A stretch of 54,191 nt of DNA, the filler included, from Sluysia triapertura (lineage: Eukaryota): the NCBI GenBank assembly GCA_046118255.1. It is 4 parts of 4 records of this genome, joined end to end, with 100 filler letters (N's around TTAATTAATTAA, not from the genome) between each part and the next. Parts side by side here need not be neighbours in the genome. Positions count along the whole stretch, not along the records: positions 12,701 to 27,552 come from JBJNIA010247204.1; 3 more parts are not named here. The stretch is one strand, 5' to 3'. Every line of letters begins with the position of its first letter. The stretch's first letter is position 1. The position numbers and the translations under genes are program-made. Shown here piece after piece: positions 14,480 through 26,149 of this stretch. The notes beneath the pieces are model-generated. The model was given only the letters and a program-made list of their open reading frames with translations, ran no database searches and had not been told where the DNA came from.

Positions 14480-16783
14480 CGTTAAATAGGAACGAAACAA
14501 GAAAAACATATGTCAAATATATGAAAAAATAATATGTATCTTTGAAGTTATTCTTTTTGAAATTATTTTTGTTAAATTAATGGTAAATGTTTGATAAAAT
14601 TTAATGTGAATTAAATTATAAAAATTTGCTGTTTTATTACAAAATGAATTTATTAAATTCAATTTGAAAACTTTACAATTATCTTTATTATTTACAAAAT
14701 TAATCAAATGAAGACATAAAATTTTATTGCTAAATATATATTCAATCTAATTTTTACAACAAAAATTTAAAGTAATTTCTTATTCCGTCTATATTTCCAT
14801 AGGTTGCTGGTTGGTTTGTTTGTGGAGTCCTAAAAAATAAATGATAGAGGTAAAACATATGTTCATGAAAAAACAAAATTATAATTACTTTCAGTCTTAG
14901 TTTATCAATAATAGTCATTATCTTCATACTGGAAACGAATTTTGAAACCACTGAACTTCGATTTGTTGTCAAGATGACTGGACTGTAACGATGTCAGTAA
15001 ACTGTCTAATCTTTGTACGTGTTCGTCTGCATCTCCTTCATTGCAATTCATTTCGAAGACATTGTCGTAATAGCGGCAGGATATACCGAATTTGATACAT
15101 GTTCCAATTGCATCTAATTGAAATGGGCATTGTGCCATACGTTTATGCATAATAACGCTACAACTTTGATTGAAAATAAAAGGATTATCATGATGTCTTT
15201 TGTAATTATTTAACTTGATTGGTATATTATATCGATATTGAGCTTTAATATTCTTAATTATGTGTCTTTTGAATATAGAATATATCTTGTAGATAAATTT
15301 TCTTTAAATATAAATGTAGACAAAATAAAACGACATCTTTTGGAAATATAATCAATCATAAGTTTAAATATCACGATCTCTTGGTATAAATGTTGTATTT
15401 TAATATCAAAGTTGAATTTAATCATTAAGATAAATGGACTATACATATAATCATTTATGTTTTTACCATAATTAAATTGTTGTAAATGACATTTATCCAT
15501 CAGAAACCGCTCAACTACTTTAGGTTTTTCATCAGAATCATAAAATTCGTTTATTTCTTTTTTATTCAATTTCGTTGACTCTTTAGATAAATTTTCATTT
15601 TGTTTAACAGAATGATTAAATAAAATCATATTTACACTTTCATTGGAAGATGAATCGTAATCACTTTCATTATAATCAAGATTTAAAACTTTAAACAACA
15701 ATTTTTTATCATTCTCAATAATATCAAAATTAACGATTGTCATTTTATTCAGCAATTTTATCAATAACAACTTTATATTTCCTTTTAGTGTTTCAAAATT
15801 TTCGACTATTAATGTATATTGTGAGTGCCTAAATAATAATCATAAATTATACTGAATTTTGTGCGTATCTATTTTTAACTTTTTTGTTTGACCTTTAATT
15901 ATGATGCCTTTTAATTCGCTAGCTTTGTGAGTAAAAATTTGCTAATAATTATGATGAAATTGATTGGATATCCAATCAAAATAAGAATTACTATAGGTAT
16001 AATAATAAAATAGATTAACACACTAAGTAACTGTCATCAGTCGACGTTAACAAGACGGCCTGAATTGATTTTAATTACACTGTCGACTGACGACAGGCCA
16101 TATAATGAAAAATGGTAATTAAGTGTTAATTATAATAATGATAGTAACAAAAATGATAATAATAATAATTATATAATGATAATAATAATGATAATAGAAA
16201 ATGGTTTTAATAATAATAATTTGTAATAAAATAGTAATAATAATAATAATAGTAATAATAATAATAATAAGTATATAAATAGCGAAAATAAGTAATAAAA
16301 TAATAATAAAATTATATAAAAACCCAAATTTCTTTATATATAATGCCTTTTCTTTTCTTTAAAATTAAATTATATGGATACAATTCTTTTTCTTTCTTTA
16401 AATGCTTTTTAAAATATTTATTCTGATTCTTACTGACTTTCTTAAAAGTATTTGTGTAATCCAAACTAAAATTGTTAAAGAATTTACATTTTGATTATGT
16501 TTTAAAGTAATTTTGAAATGTGATTTTAATGTTTTCAGATGGTATTTAAGATTGAGTATTGAAGGATTGTGAACTTGAAATGTTTTGGATTAAGTAAAAT
16601 TTGTACCTTTGGTGATTTTCGATGTTGAATACGATTTTAACGTTATGAACTTTTAAATTTAAAATGTTTGAAAGTATTAACAGTTTTGATGAATTCTAAA
16701 AAATGAATTATTAAATATTCTGAGGAGTGGTTTATATATGTTGTGTTAATTTACAATCTTAAGATATTAGGTTTGCATCCACA
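14480..16783 (-). mobile_element. Composite dispersed element, copy 2 (cargo ORF type A, best preserved)
   Basis: Homologous to 1480-3807. Contains broken ORFs 15258-15770, 14905-15150 and 14754-14972, a CCAAT palindrome (15960-15979), a hairpin (16031-16096) and terminus GGTTTGCATCCACA ending at 16783. Confidence 0.8.
14754..15770 (-). pseudogene. Frameshifted ~330-codon ORF of unknown function (element cargo A)
   Basis: Three consecutive - strand ORF pieces join through frameshifts: ...FKENLSTRYILYSKD / KNIKAQYRYNIPIKLNNYKRHHDNPFIFN / MHKRMAQCPFQLDAIGTCIKFGISCRYYDNVFEMNC... The paralogous peptide FKENFSARYILYSKDINKNIKAKYRYNIPIKLNYHKRHHGNPFIFN is at 2144-2338. No family recognised. Confidence 0.65.
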
Positions 16784-16802
16784 GTATAAACTTTACGACA
16801 TT

Positions 16803-16862
16803 AAGTATATCTGAAATAAAGTATATCTGAAATAAAGTATATCTGAAATAAAGTATATCTGA
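16803..16862 (+). repeat. 16-bp minisatellite (AAGTATATCTGAAATA) x ~3.7
   Basis: Directly visible exact tandem units with 16-bp period. Confidence 0.95.
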
Positions 16863-16959
16863 CATTAATATCTGAAATAAAGATTTTATTTCTAATATTA
16901 AACTATTGTTCAGATTTTATCTAAAAACTTATCTGACAATTATGAAAAACTACGTTAAA

Positions 16960-17046
16960 ACGGGTCCGCCTACAATCTAATTTTTATATCTCACGGAAGA
17001 CTTAGTTATAGGATTAGTATATGTCAGTACTACGAAAGAATCCTTA
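16960..17046 (+). repeat. ~87-bp dispersed repeat / probable transposon TIR (inverted partner at 42463-42550)
   Basis: acgggtccgcctacaatctaatttttatatctcacggaagacttagttatagga...atatgtcagtacta matches the reverse complement of 42463-42550. Confidence 0.85.
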
Positions 17047-17261
17047 CTATCTAATAATGGAGGGTCTTTATGTGTATAACTTTAATTGCACTTTTTAAAG
17101 TCAATTTATACTACAAACGTTTTTATCCTTGAATTCAACTTCTTGACAATTAAATTAACTCAGGAATCAAAAACAAAATATGTAATACGTAACGTATTCT
17201 ACGAATTTTTATTGAATCAAACTATGATTATTCACAATAAATAATTTTACAAACAAGATTA

Positions 17262-17660
17262 TTACAAACAAAAATATTCAACAATATAATAATAATTTAA
17301 TTTATTAGCTTTAGGATTGCTCCTAAACAAATTAAAACATAATTTTAAAATGATTTTAACCCAGGTGAATACTTGAGTGTGGAGAATTAATTTAATTTTA
17401 CGTTGATTTAATACAGTGAATCTCTGTATAAATCCTAACATAAATAGCTTACGGTTAATATTTGTAAAGAGATCTGTTAGTTCCAATTTTTCTATTAACT
17501 CTACTGTTTCCAATTTATAATGATGACCCAATTTGAAATCCTCACGTATCAATTCCAGATAAAGAGGTCTTCGAATACCAAGTTGATTAATAAATAATTC
17601 TTCTTGAAACAATTTCAATTCCAACAGATTATGAATTTCGAATACCAAACTCTTTCGCAA
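17262..17660 (-). CDS. 132-codon ORF of unknown function, possibly transposon or virus derived
   Basis: Unusually long open frame for this base composition, but non-ATG start and no recognised motif. Confidence 0.2.
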   Translation of the reverse strand: MRKSLVFEIHNLLELKLFQEELFINQLGIRRPLYLELIREDFKLGHHYKLETVELIEKLELTDLFTNINRKLFMLGFIQRFTVLNQRKIKLILHTQVFTWVKIILKLCFNLFRSNPKANKLNYYYIVEYFCL

Positions 17661-20088
17661 AAGATTTTTAAAAATTTTAATTTTTTTTAACTATATTCTA
17701 GACTAAAACCGTTAGCTATTTATATGTGTAGAATTTTTACTAAGTGTAATATGATAAAAAGATAATTAAATTAAAAGATTTCAAAATAGTTATTTTCGTA
17801 TTACTTTAAAAGATAATAATTATACAAAATAATAGATAATAATTATTTCAATTATTTACTTAAATAATTTCGACTTTGGATTTAAAATTATTTTATCTTT
17901 ACTTTTTATAAGTTATTCAATTAATTATACAAAAGTACTTTTAATATAATTTTAATAATTAATATAAATTTTAATAATATTAATAACTACCTACAATTTT
18001 TACATTTAATTATTATCTACAAAAACAATATAAAAGAAAATGTTGAAGACGATGATTAGGATTTTCTTTTATTGAACCATTTCTTAAAATACGATTAAAA
18101 ATACCGAATTTGCCATATAATCTGAGTAGAACAATACTTGACGAAAGGATTGCGTAAACAACACCAATGCAACCATCCATATCTAAGCAAGGAAGAGGTA
18201 TATGTACGAGAAAGGAAAATAAAAAATATACCAGCTTCGTTTGTAATATTATTTGTAATAACTGTAAAAAAATTTTCTAATTTTCATAAAATGTCTAATT
18301 CTTATAATGTATCAAATATCATTGCATGCCTTTATTAAATTTATAAAATAAAATTCATTTATTGGATGAAATTACACCCATAATACTGTTAAGGGTTAAA
18401 AATGTTTGTTATCACAACTGAAAATAAAATATGCAAGTAGTATTAAACTTTATACAGTCAAAAACCAATTTTATTATGATTCTAAATACATTTTTCAAAC
18501 TTACCTTTAAGTTTTATATGTAACATAACGATATTTTTAAAAAATTTAAGTTTATTTATTATTAAATAAAAAGTTGAATTTCATTATTCATTGAAGTTGT
18601 TATTCATTATTTAAAAGTACAATAATAGTTAATGGAACATACAAAACCCATTAGGCGCGAAAAGGATAAACTTAGACATACAAACATTAAAATTTGTCTT
18701 ACTGTATAAATGCTTTTGATTTAAGATTAATATTTTGATAATTATTTAAAATAAAACTTGGATTTAATGTATATTTTAGTTTTTAAATTATTTCGTTCGA
18801 TTTGATATTATCAGGTACTTGTTTTTTAATTAAAAGTACCATCGTATTTTCATTTATATCCATGTTAAACCCTACTAAAGTACATAATTAGGCTTTTAAC
18901 TATAAAAAAAATGTTTGGTAGCTTTACTCAGCTGTATGAACTTATATAATACCTCAAAATAAATCCTACTTTCATTAATGTCTTTAAAAAAGGCTTCAAG
19001 ATCTATAACAGATTGAAGCAATAGCATTGGTCAAAAAAGTTTAATCGTTTTAAACTAGAATTAGAACAATTTTAACAATGCTCATAAAATGTAAGACTAA
19101 AACTACGTTTTCTAAACATTTATTATTAAATCTGTAGAGGATATAATGTGTCATTAATGTATTATAACAGATTTTCGAATAATCTCGAATCAAAAAATGA
19201 CTTATAAAATTATTCCTCGAATTCTTTCAAGAAATTAACACAACAGAAACTTTAATATATCAATACCTTTATCTTATCGTAGTCACAATTTAATACCATA
19301 GAAAATGTTTGAATATTAATTTTTTTGTAGAAAATGGGAACATAAAAAATATCCAAATGTTTATATTTTATTTAAAAAATCTGAAAATGCTTAAAAGAAT
19401 TTTTAAATGAATAATGTCTTAAATAAGTTTTGTTATTAAAATTTACTTTTATTAATTTGCAATTAAGATTGATTGCTAAAAGTGAAATAATAACAATACT
19501 AAAAAAATAAAAAATATGAAGGACAGTTATGATAGAGAATTAATGAATTGAAGAAATTTCATTTAGTTTATTGTTATTTTTAAATTTTAAATACAAATTT
19601 AATGATCTTTGATGTCATGAGTGCTTTAGGTGTTGTAAAAGTATGATTTTTCGTATAGTGTGATATATTAAAACTTTGTGTAAAGAAGTTGACCAACACA
19701 CCATGAATAAATCCTTTAAAGCTATTCTATGGTATAAAACTGTTTGCAGGTAAATGAATTTACATCTTTAGAATAAAAAAAGAAAACAGATTCTCTGTAG
19801 CGATTTGTACAGATATTTAATGTCAAATAACTGGGAAATGTCAAAAGTAATCATTGGCATTTTAACCCATTAAGCTGTTCTAGAGTTAAAAATGGTAATA
19901 ATTAATAAAATCAAGAGCATTATTATCCTACTTATGTGCAATATTCTTAAAGTATACATTTTTAACTAAAATTAAATACCAAAAGAAAATTTATTTATCG
20001 CGTAAATGAAAATGTTTATTTGAAAATCAGAAAATTTTATATTTTACTTAATACTGTACTTTATTTAGGGAAAATTCACAATAATATT

Positions 20089-20255
20089 AATAAAGTTGAA
20101 TATAGATCAGTGATAAAGTTTTTCTACTAGAAGAAAAGAATAGAAATAATCAAAGAATCGAGCAATGTATATAAAAATGAATGTCAAAAACATACACAAT
20201 TATTAAGAGATGGACTAAGAAATATAAAAATGGAATAACTTCTGTTTTCAAGATT
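20089..20255 (+). mobile_element. mariner transposase N-terminal HTH remnant
   Basis: NKVEYRSVIKFF*...EII...NVY...(frameshift)IKRWTKKYKNGITSV matches the mariner HTH pattern EyRavIkF...eI...vYg...v.rW...Fk.G.tsl. Confidence 0.7.
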
Positions 20256-20530
20256 ATTAGAAACATAATTCGAATAAATTTTTAATGCTTTTAATTTGTT
20301 CAAATTATTATCTTTACTAAAATTCATACTGAGAAATTCATTTTGTCCACACGGGCAAGTCATGTAAAATTAGCGTGGCATTCAACATGTTAATTAGTGA
20401 ATATGCCAAGTTTTTAAGAAATTTTTTGAAGCTTTATTTGTACAGTTGAACAGAAAGAGCCAGTGATGGCAAACTAAAGATACCAAATCAAAAGATGAAA
20501 AATATTGTAATAAATTAATTTCATTTTCAG

Positions 20531-20635
20531 GACGTAGATCATGATGGTAAATTAACTTTCAGTGACTTTGAAAAAGCAGTCGAAAATGATCCTCTACTAT
20601 TGGAAGGATTAGGTCCATGTTTGCCAGATGAGAAA
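20531..20635 (+). CDS. EFCAB1: Calaxin / EF-hand calcium-binding domain protein 1, penultimate coding exon (last EF hand)
   Basis: Splice sites tttcattttcag| and |gtata, 105 nt, phase 0/0. Encodes [35 protein letters not shown], matching calaxin as recalled ([35 protein letters not shown] in human). Confidence 0.93.
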
Positions 20636-22599
20636 GTATATTTTACTTTTTTATAAATGTTAATCAAATTTTAATATTCGAAATAAATTTTCACATACAT
20701 ATCAAACATGCATTAATTTTTTAGTAGATTAGTATATTCTTTTATTTTTTACCAATTTGAAAATCTATTAAATTAATTTTTTCAGATAATTTACAATGTT
20801 TATCAATGATTCAACATTGTAATAAAATTCATATTATTTTATTAGGATCAAAAAAAAACTTTAAAATAAGTTTGAATGTCACTAGTCGCTTTAAGATTAC
20901 TTTTATGAAAATCTAAATTCTTATGAAACTCAAATTCTATCAAAAAAACTTTTAATTCTTTATATAAATTATCGTTATCTGTTAAGTCATGAATTTAACT
21001 TGTCTTAGTATTAAAGATAGAAGTGCCAATTTGTTTTGACATTTAATTCCCTTAATGTTTTTTTAATACTACAAAAGAAAAAGATAAATAGTAATATAAT
21101 ACTCACTAAAAATAAGATTTCAATTGAATATATATATATTCTATTAGTCGCAAAGATTGTCCTCAACAATTCTTTTAAAATACATTTCCAAATGAAGCAC
21201 TTTCAAATATGTAATATATAGTTCTAAATATCTCAAAAATTTTCTCTTTTATCATCAATGTTTATAATTATCTGTCTCACTGTTATAAATATTATATAGT
21301 TTTCACTATTAATTCTAAAAATATTTTTTTCTAAAACTATTAGTTGCTTGTTTAAATTATATACTAGTTTCCACTGGTATCGTATATCACCTAATATTTA
21401 GAAAGTTTAAATTTATGTTTACTGATGGATGATGTGATTAAGCTTGAAGTTGAAGTATTCTCAGAAAATTATTAAATAACGACGTATTTTCTCTTCGTAA
21501 ATTACATTTAAAATATTTCATTATTTCCTTATCATCGAATTATTCATTCCTGTTAAAAAGTGAAAGTGAAATGTTCATTCGAGCAATTCTAAATAAAAAG
21601 ATATTCAAGTACATAAATGTATGGAATTTTTAAGCGATCATCTAAAATGTTTTAGGGGCCTTACAGAAAATGTTTTTGATTTAATCTTAATACCTTTAGA
21701 ATCAATTAATGCTGACAGAATCCTAAAACAGATACGTTTATAACATGAGAGAACTTGGTTATAAAGTAACCGTAGACATTAACAGAATTAAAATATATGA
21801 TCCTAAATTTGATGCTTTGTTTTTAAAGTCATTATACATGATTTCGAACTAAACGTAGATGCTGATATAATTAAAATATGTGATCCTAAAGTTTACGTTT
21901 ACAACGTAATTATAGGTAATTTTAAAATAAATACAGCTATTCATAGAATTTACGTTTATAACGTCATCTGTATAGAGAATGTCAAAAAGGGATTTAACTA
22001 AGAAGTTGACTTCACATTGAGATGGGGAAACAAGTCGCTATTTCAGTGCATACGTTTACATCAAGGATAATAATAATAGTTTAAGCAGATAGAAATTTTT
22101 CCAGATGTGGTCATTCAATTCAAATGTAGTGTTGAATGACATATTAATGCTGTAAACTATTTGCGGCTACTGAAGTAATGTTCGAAAATTCTAATCATCT
22201 TAAAGTTAGACATTTTTGTTATTCTTATTTGCGTAATTTTAATCTATTTTTTATATAAATGCATTAGGGTAACTCTGCCTCCTAAAATAATTTTAGCTAT
22301 TCACTCCAAAAATTATATTTTCATAGACTTAAAAATAGACAAAACATACGCGGCATTTAGTATGAAATTTGAGCCTTATTTTAATTTTTATTCTTTGAAT
22401 TGATTCTTCTCCTTTATAATAATTCCTTTACATGAACTTGGATAAATATTGCATAATATAGAGTTTGAGTGTAAAGTACATGAGTATGAAGAGTTATAAC
22501 ATGATGTTTAAACATAATGATGTTATTGTGATTAAACAATTGCTAAGTGTTTTATTTGTTAAACTTTTTTTCTTTATTTATCTTTTTAATCTTAGAATT

Positions 22600-23400
22600 T
22601 AAATCACATGATCTTACATAAAAAAACAACAAGTTACTTGAAAATAAATATGAATGGTTATATGGAAGTTTTGCCGAATGCTTTGCGATTGAAAAGTGTT
22701 TATATTTCTGTTGATTCTTCTTACACGACCTGTCGCATAATTTAACATATTATTAGATGTATACTGGTGAATGTCTAAAGGGATGTTTAAAGGGATAATT
22801 TTATAAATTGTTTGAGTATCAAAATGTGTGGTGTGCATGATGCGTAAGAGCTTTTGTAGTGATTTCTAAATGCGTGATGAGGAATGGATTCCACTGAATT
22901 ATGTTGTGATGATGTTTTAACATTGCTTAAATATAATTTATTTGAGTTTTAGATGATCTGTTGGATGTGTTTGTTAAAAGAGCCAGATTTGTAAGATATG
23001 GATTTTCTTCTTTTAACTGTTGGTATTCGGTGTTCTAGGAACGTATGTACCTAATACGAATTTCTGGATTATGTTCTAAACTTTCTTCAATATTACATTG
23101 AGTTTATATATGATTTGTAGAGTAAATTTGTCTAGTGTAACTTTATTGTTAAATGATTTAAAATTTAAAATGTTTGATAGATGAGACGCTGTAAATTGTT
23201 TAATTATGAAAGTTTTAAGATGTATAAATGTTTAAAGATTATATAATTTAAGTGAAGAATTTTGTTAAGTATGTTATGTTTTACGAATTTATTATATGCT
23301 GATTTTGTATATCATTGAATGGATTTTCTAGAATAATACCATATTTGGAGAGTGTGTTGTCTTTGTTATTAGTTAGCTAATGTTTGATTTTTAAATTATA
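22600..23400 (-). mobile_element. Decayed non-LTR retrotransposon (I/Jockey-group-like) ORF2 3' region
   Basis: A/C-rich sense strand. In order: QNQHIINS*NITYL (pre-KYLG region), NLLYKSYINS (LYKSxIR), TIYKIIPLNIPLDIHQY (TGH-region-like), C*IMRQVV*EESTEI*TLFNRKAF (eroded CCHC knuckle, EtieHlLfeC). Confidence 0.55.
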
Positions 23401-23744
23401 AATCTTTTAAATCTAATCTTTTTCGAATTTGTCGTCTATTTATTTGTAATCAAAATGATTAATTAACGTGATGTAATATTTATTTTACTTTTAATCCGTT
23501 AGTGCAGATTTATACTTTTATTTATTGCAGTAAATTTTTCACGATTTTGGTATTTTTTAAAATATACATTACTACAAAAACTGTTTCAAATATGCAATAA
23601 GTAGTTCTAAAAATATCAAAATTTTCTTTTTTATTATCAATTTATAACTCTATGTCCCACTGCTATAAATTTTATAAAATTTTCTATTTCACCTAGCTTA
23701 TTATCACTACGGATTTATCTTGGTTTCCAAATTTTTTATTATTT

Positions 23745-24240
23745 CTAAGAGAAAGTCAGGATTTTCGTAATGTTATCATTTGTAAATTATTGTCATGATT
23801 TTGAATTCTATTCTTGCTTTTATTGGCAACCAATGTAATTCCTTAAGATGTTACATAAAAATTACAATTGCTGCTTGATTAATTATTAATTGTAATTTTT
23901 TCACTTTTCTATATGAAATTGATTGCAATATACTATTGTTAAAATTTGTGTTATTAGTTATCAATGAATGAATTAATAAATTTTTTAATGGATATTTACA
24001 CTTTTTAACAATACAATTAATATTTTCTTCTATGTTCATTTTGAATCCATATAACAGCCTATATTTCATACTTTTAGTTTTGCATCTAGTGTGTCTTACC
24101 ACCTTCGATTAACTTTGTTTCGTTTAATTTCGCATTGTGGCTATTTTTATTACCGAAGTTTATAAATTCTGACTTTTCTTCATTGATTTTCAAGTATTTA
24201 TTTCCAAAACATTTAATCAATTCCAGACACTAGTTGTTCT
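23745..24240 (-). mobile_element. L2/CR1-group LINE reverse transcriptase C-terminal remnant
   Basis: CLELIKCFGNKYLKINEEKSEFINFG, then LLIHSLIT...KLQLIINQAA, then HLKELHWLPIKARIEFKIMTIIYK. The LHWLP..RI.FK signature is characteristic of L2-type ORF2. Confidence 0.88.
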
Positions 24241-25536
24241 GTTCTTTGAATAGTAGCACGATAGATTACAGTTAATAATCTAACGTTACCGCGTGGTTCA
24301 ACAAATGTGTTACTTGCGAATAAATTTCGGCAGCTTCACTAACTTTCACAGACTTTGGTAATCTTCTACAACTTCAATAACAGGAACTCTGATAATCTTC
24401 AATGGTAATTGCGCTTTTGTGAATCTTTAACTGCGTTATTTCTACTATGTTATTGTATTTTTGTGCCGTCTTATATATTTATTTAATTAAATAGTATTTA
24501 TTTTAATTAAATTTTAAATTTGCTTCAGATTTATAATAGAGAATGTTATAGTGGAGGAAGTTAGCCATGTAGAGCAAAAAATATGTAGAATAAATTTAAA
24601 AGTATATTTTATTAAAGAATAAAATTGGATACTAGAGGAAATTAATTATAGAGAAAACTTGATTATGAAAAAATTATTTAAAATAAAATCAAGAAAATAT
24701 TCGGCTATTATATACCGAGCTACTTTTCACTACAAAACCATAAGAAAAATTTACTTGTTCATAAGTAACGAATTATTGGAGGAAAGCATACTGATTACTT
24801 TGAATGTATTGATCGAGTTATCAGTGATAATTAAATTAATTATTCTGATAAGTATATTATCACATAAAATTAAAAGTTAAAATTTGTTTATCCGGAATTA
24901 GAACATTTACGAGTGGTATAAAAAATTATCCATTTATTTATCGTTTTTTATTCGTTAGAAATAAACTTTAGTTAAATATCTTATTTTATTTTGAGACCTC
25001 ACTTTTACTTCTTACATCCGAGACAGGTAGGGTGTGTGCCTTAAGGATTTAAGGTTATTTGACATTAATAAAAGTTTTCAGATAATTTAAGTATTTAAAA
25101 GTTATCGATTTTAAAGTTAGACAGAGTAATTTAAGAAAATTAAAGTTTTAAAGTTTATGTTTGTTTAAAACGTACGAATAAAGTCATTAATCATCAATAA
25201 AGAATAAGGTTTATTAAATTTTGTAGTAATAAACCAAATCTGTTTCTTCAGGAATTACAACAGAATCGAATATGCACATAAAAATATGAGTGAATTAATC
25301 GAATTGATTTTTGGAAGACATGGACTTTGAAATTTTATGGAATAATGGTTTTGTGAATTTTGTATAACTATGAAAATTGTTTAACATATTTCATAATATA
25401 AATTCATATTAATAATAATATTTTAATAATAATAATATTTTTGTACATTTTAAGGACACTACTCGTAACTAAAATTAATAGGATATAATTATTAAGATAT
25501 TGTTTAATCATAATAAACACAAATATTTATTTTTAG

Positions 25537-25638
25537 TCTGCTTGTGCGTTTTTGATGACCTTCCAAGAATCAGAAATGTTCCACTCTATTTCTTATATTG
25601 GTAAACACGATCGAATTGTAGCCACAACTGAAAAATAA
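25537..25638 (+). CDS. EFCAB1: Calaxin/EFCAB1 probable terminal coding exon
   Basis: Acceptor atttatttttag|, phase 0 compatible with the previous exon. Encodes SACAFLMTFQESEMFHSISYIGKHDRIVATTEK*. AFLxTF resembles the motif recalled after CLPD in invertebrate calaxins. Implied intron 20636-25536. Confidence 0.72.
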   Translation, partial: SACAFLMTFQESEMFHSISYIGKHDRIVATTEK

Positions 25639-26149
25639 TTCAATTATAAATAATCTACCTTTATCACTTTCGTTTATTGTCCTTGTGTCATAGAATATGC
25701 TAAATTTTATCTAAAATATAAAAATGTGTTTATTATTTGTATTTGATAATGTTTATTAATTTAAAACACTATTAAAATCTAAAAAAAAATTAATTTAATA
25801 ATAATGACAATATTAGAAATTTAATAGTAATAATTAAAAATACTAATTATTATTATCAGAAATGTAATTATCGAAATAACAATTATAATAATTTTATATG
25901 GAAGTAATTATCAAAAAATGAAAATAATTTTTGTGTTTTTTAGATATGATGAATGAGTTGAATATGTTGCTGATTTTCTGACCTTGTGCATTAAGTCGAT
26001 GGTTTCAATAAAGGAAGGTAAAGTAATCATGTCTACTTCGCAAGATCTCATAAGATCGTAAAACAACGAATCTTACAGTTTGCATATTGGTTTAATGTAA
26101 TAGTAAAATATTAATTGGCTGTGAATGTTTGATAAGCGAATTTACATAT

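Noticed and set aside
16085-16112. CTGACGA...GAAA resembling a hammerhead ribozyme core (Penelope/retrozyme idea)
   Set aside because: No credible stem II between the motifs, and the core is not kept in the homologous copy at 3051-3083.
16803-16882. Direct repeats that could be mistaken for a CRISPR array (also 26690-27070)
   Set aside because: Units are contiguous with no unique spacers, no cas genes are present, and the context is eukaryotic.
20786-20809. Alternative calaxin terminal exon (ttttttcag|IIYNVYQ*)
   Set aside because: Plausible acceptor but no similarity to calaxin C-termini. The 25537 exon fits better.
21400-22200. Coding-like tract with duplicated aattaaaatat(a/g)tgatcctaaa segment, possibly viral
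   Set aside because: No sustained ORF or recognisable motif; cannot be assigned.
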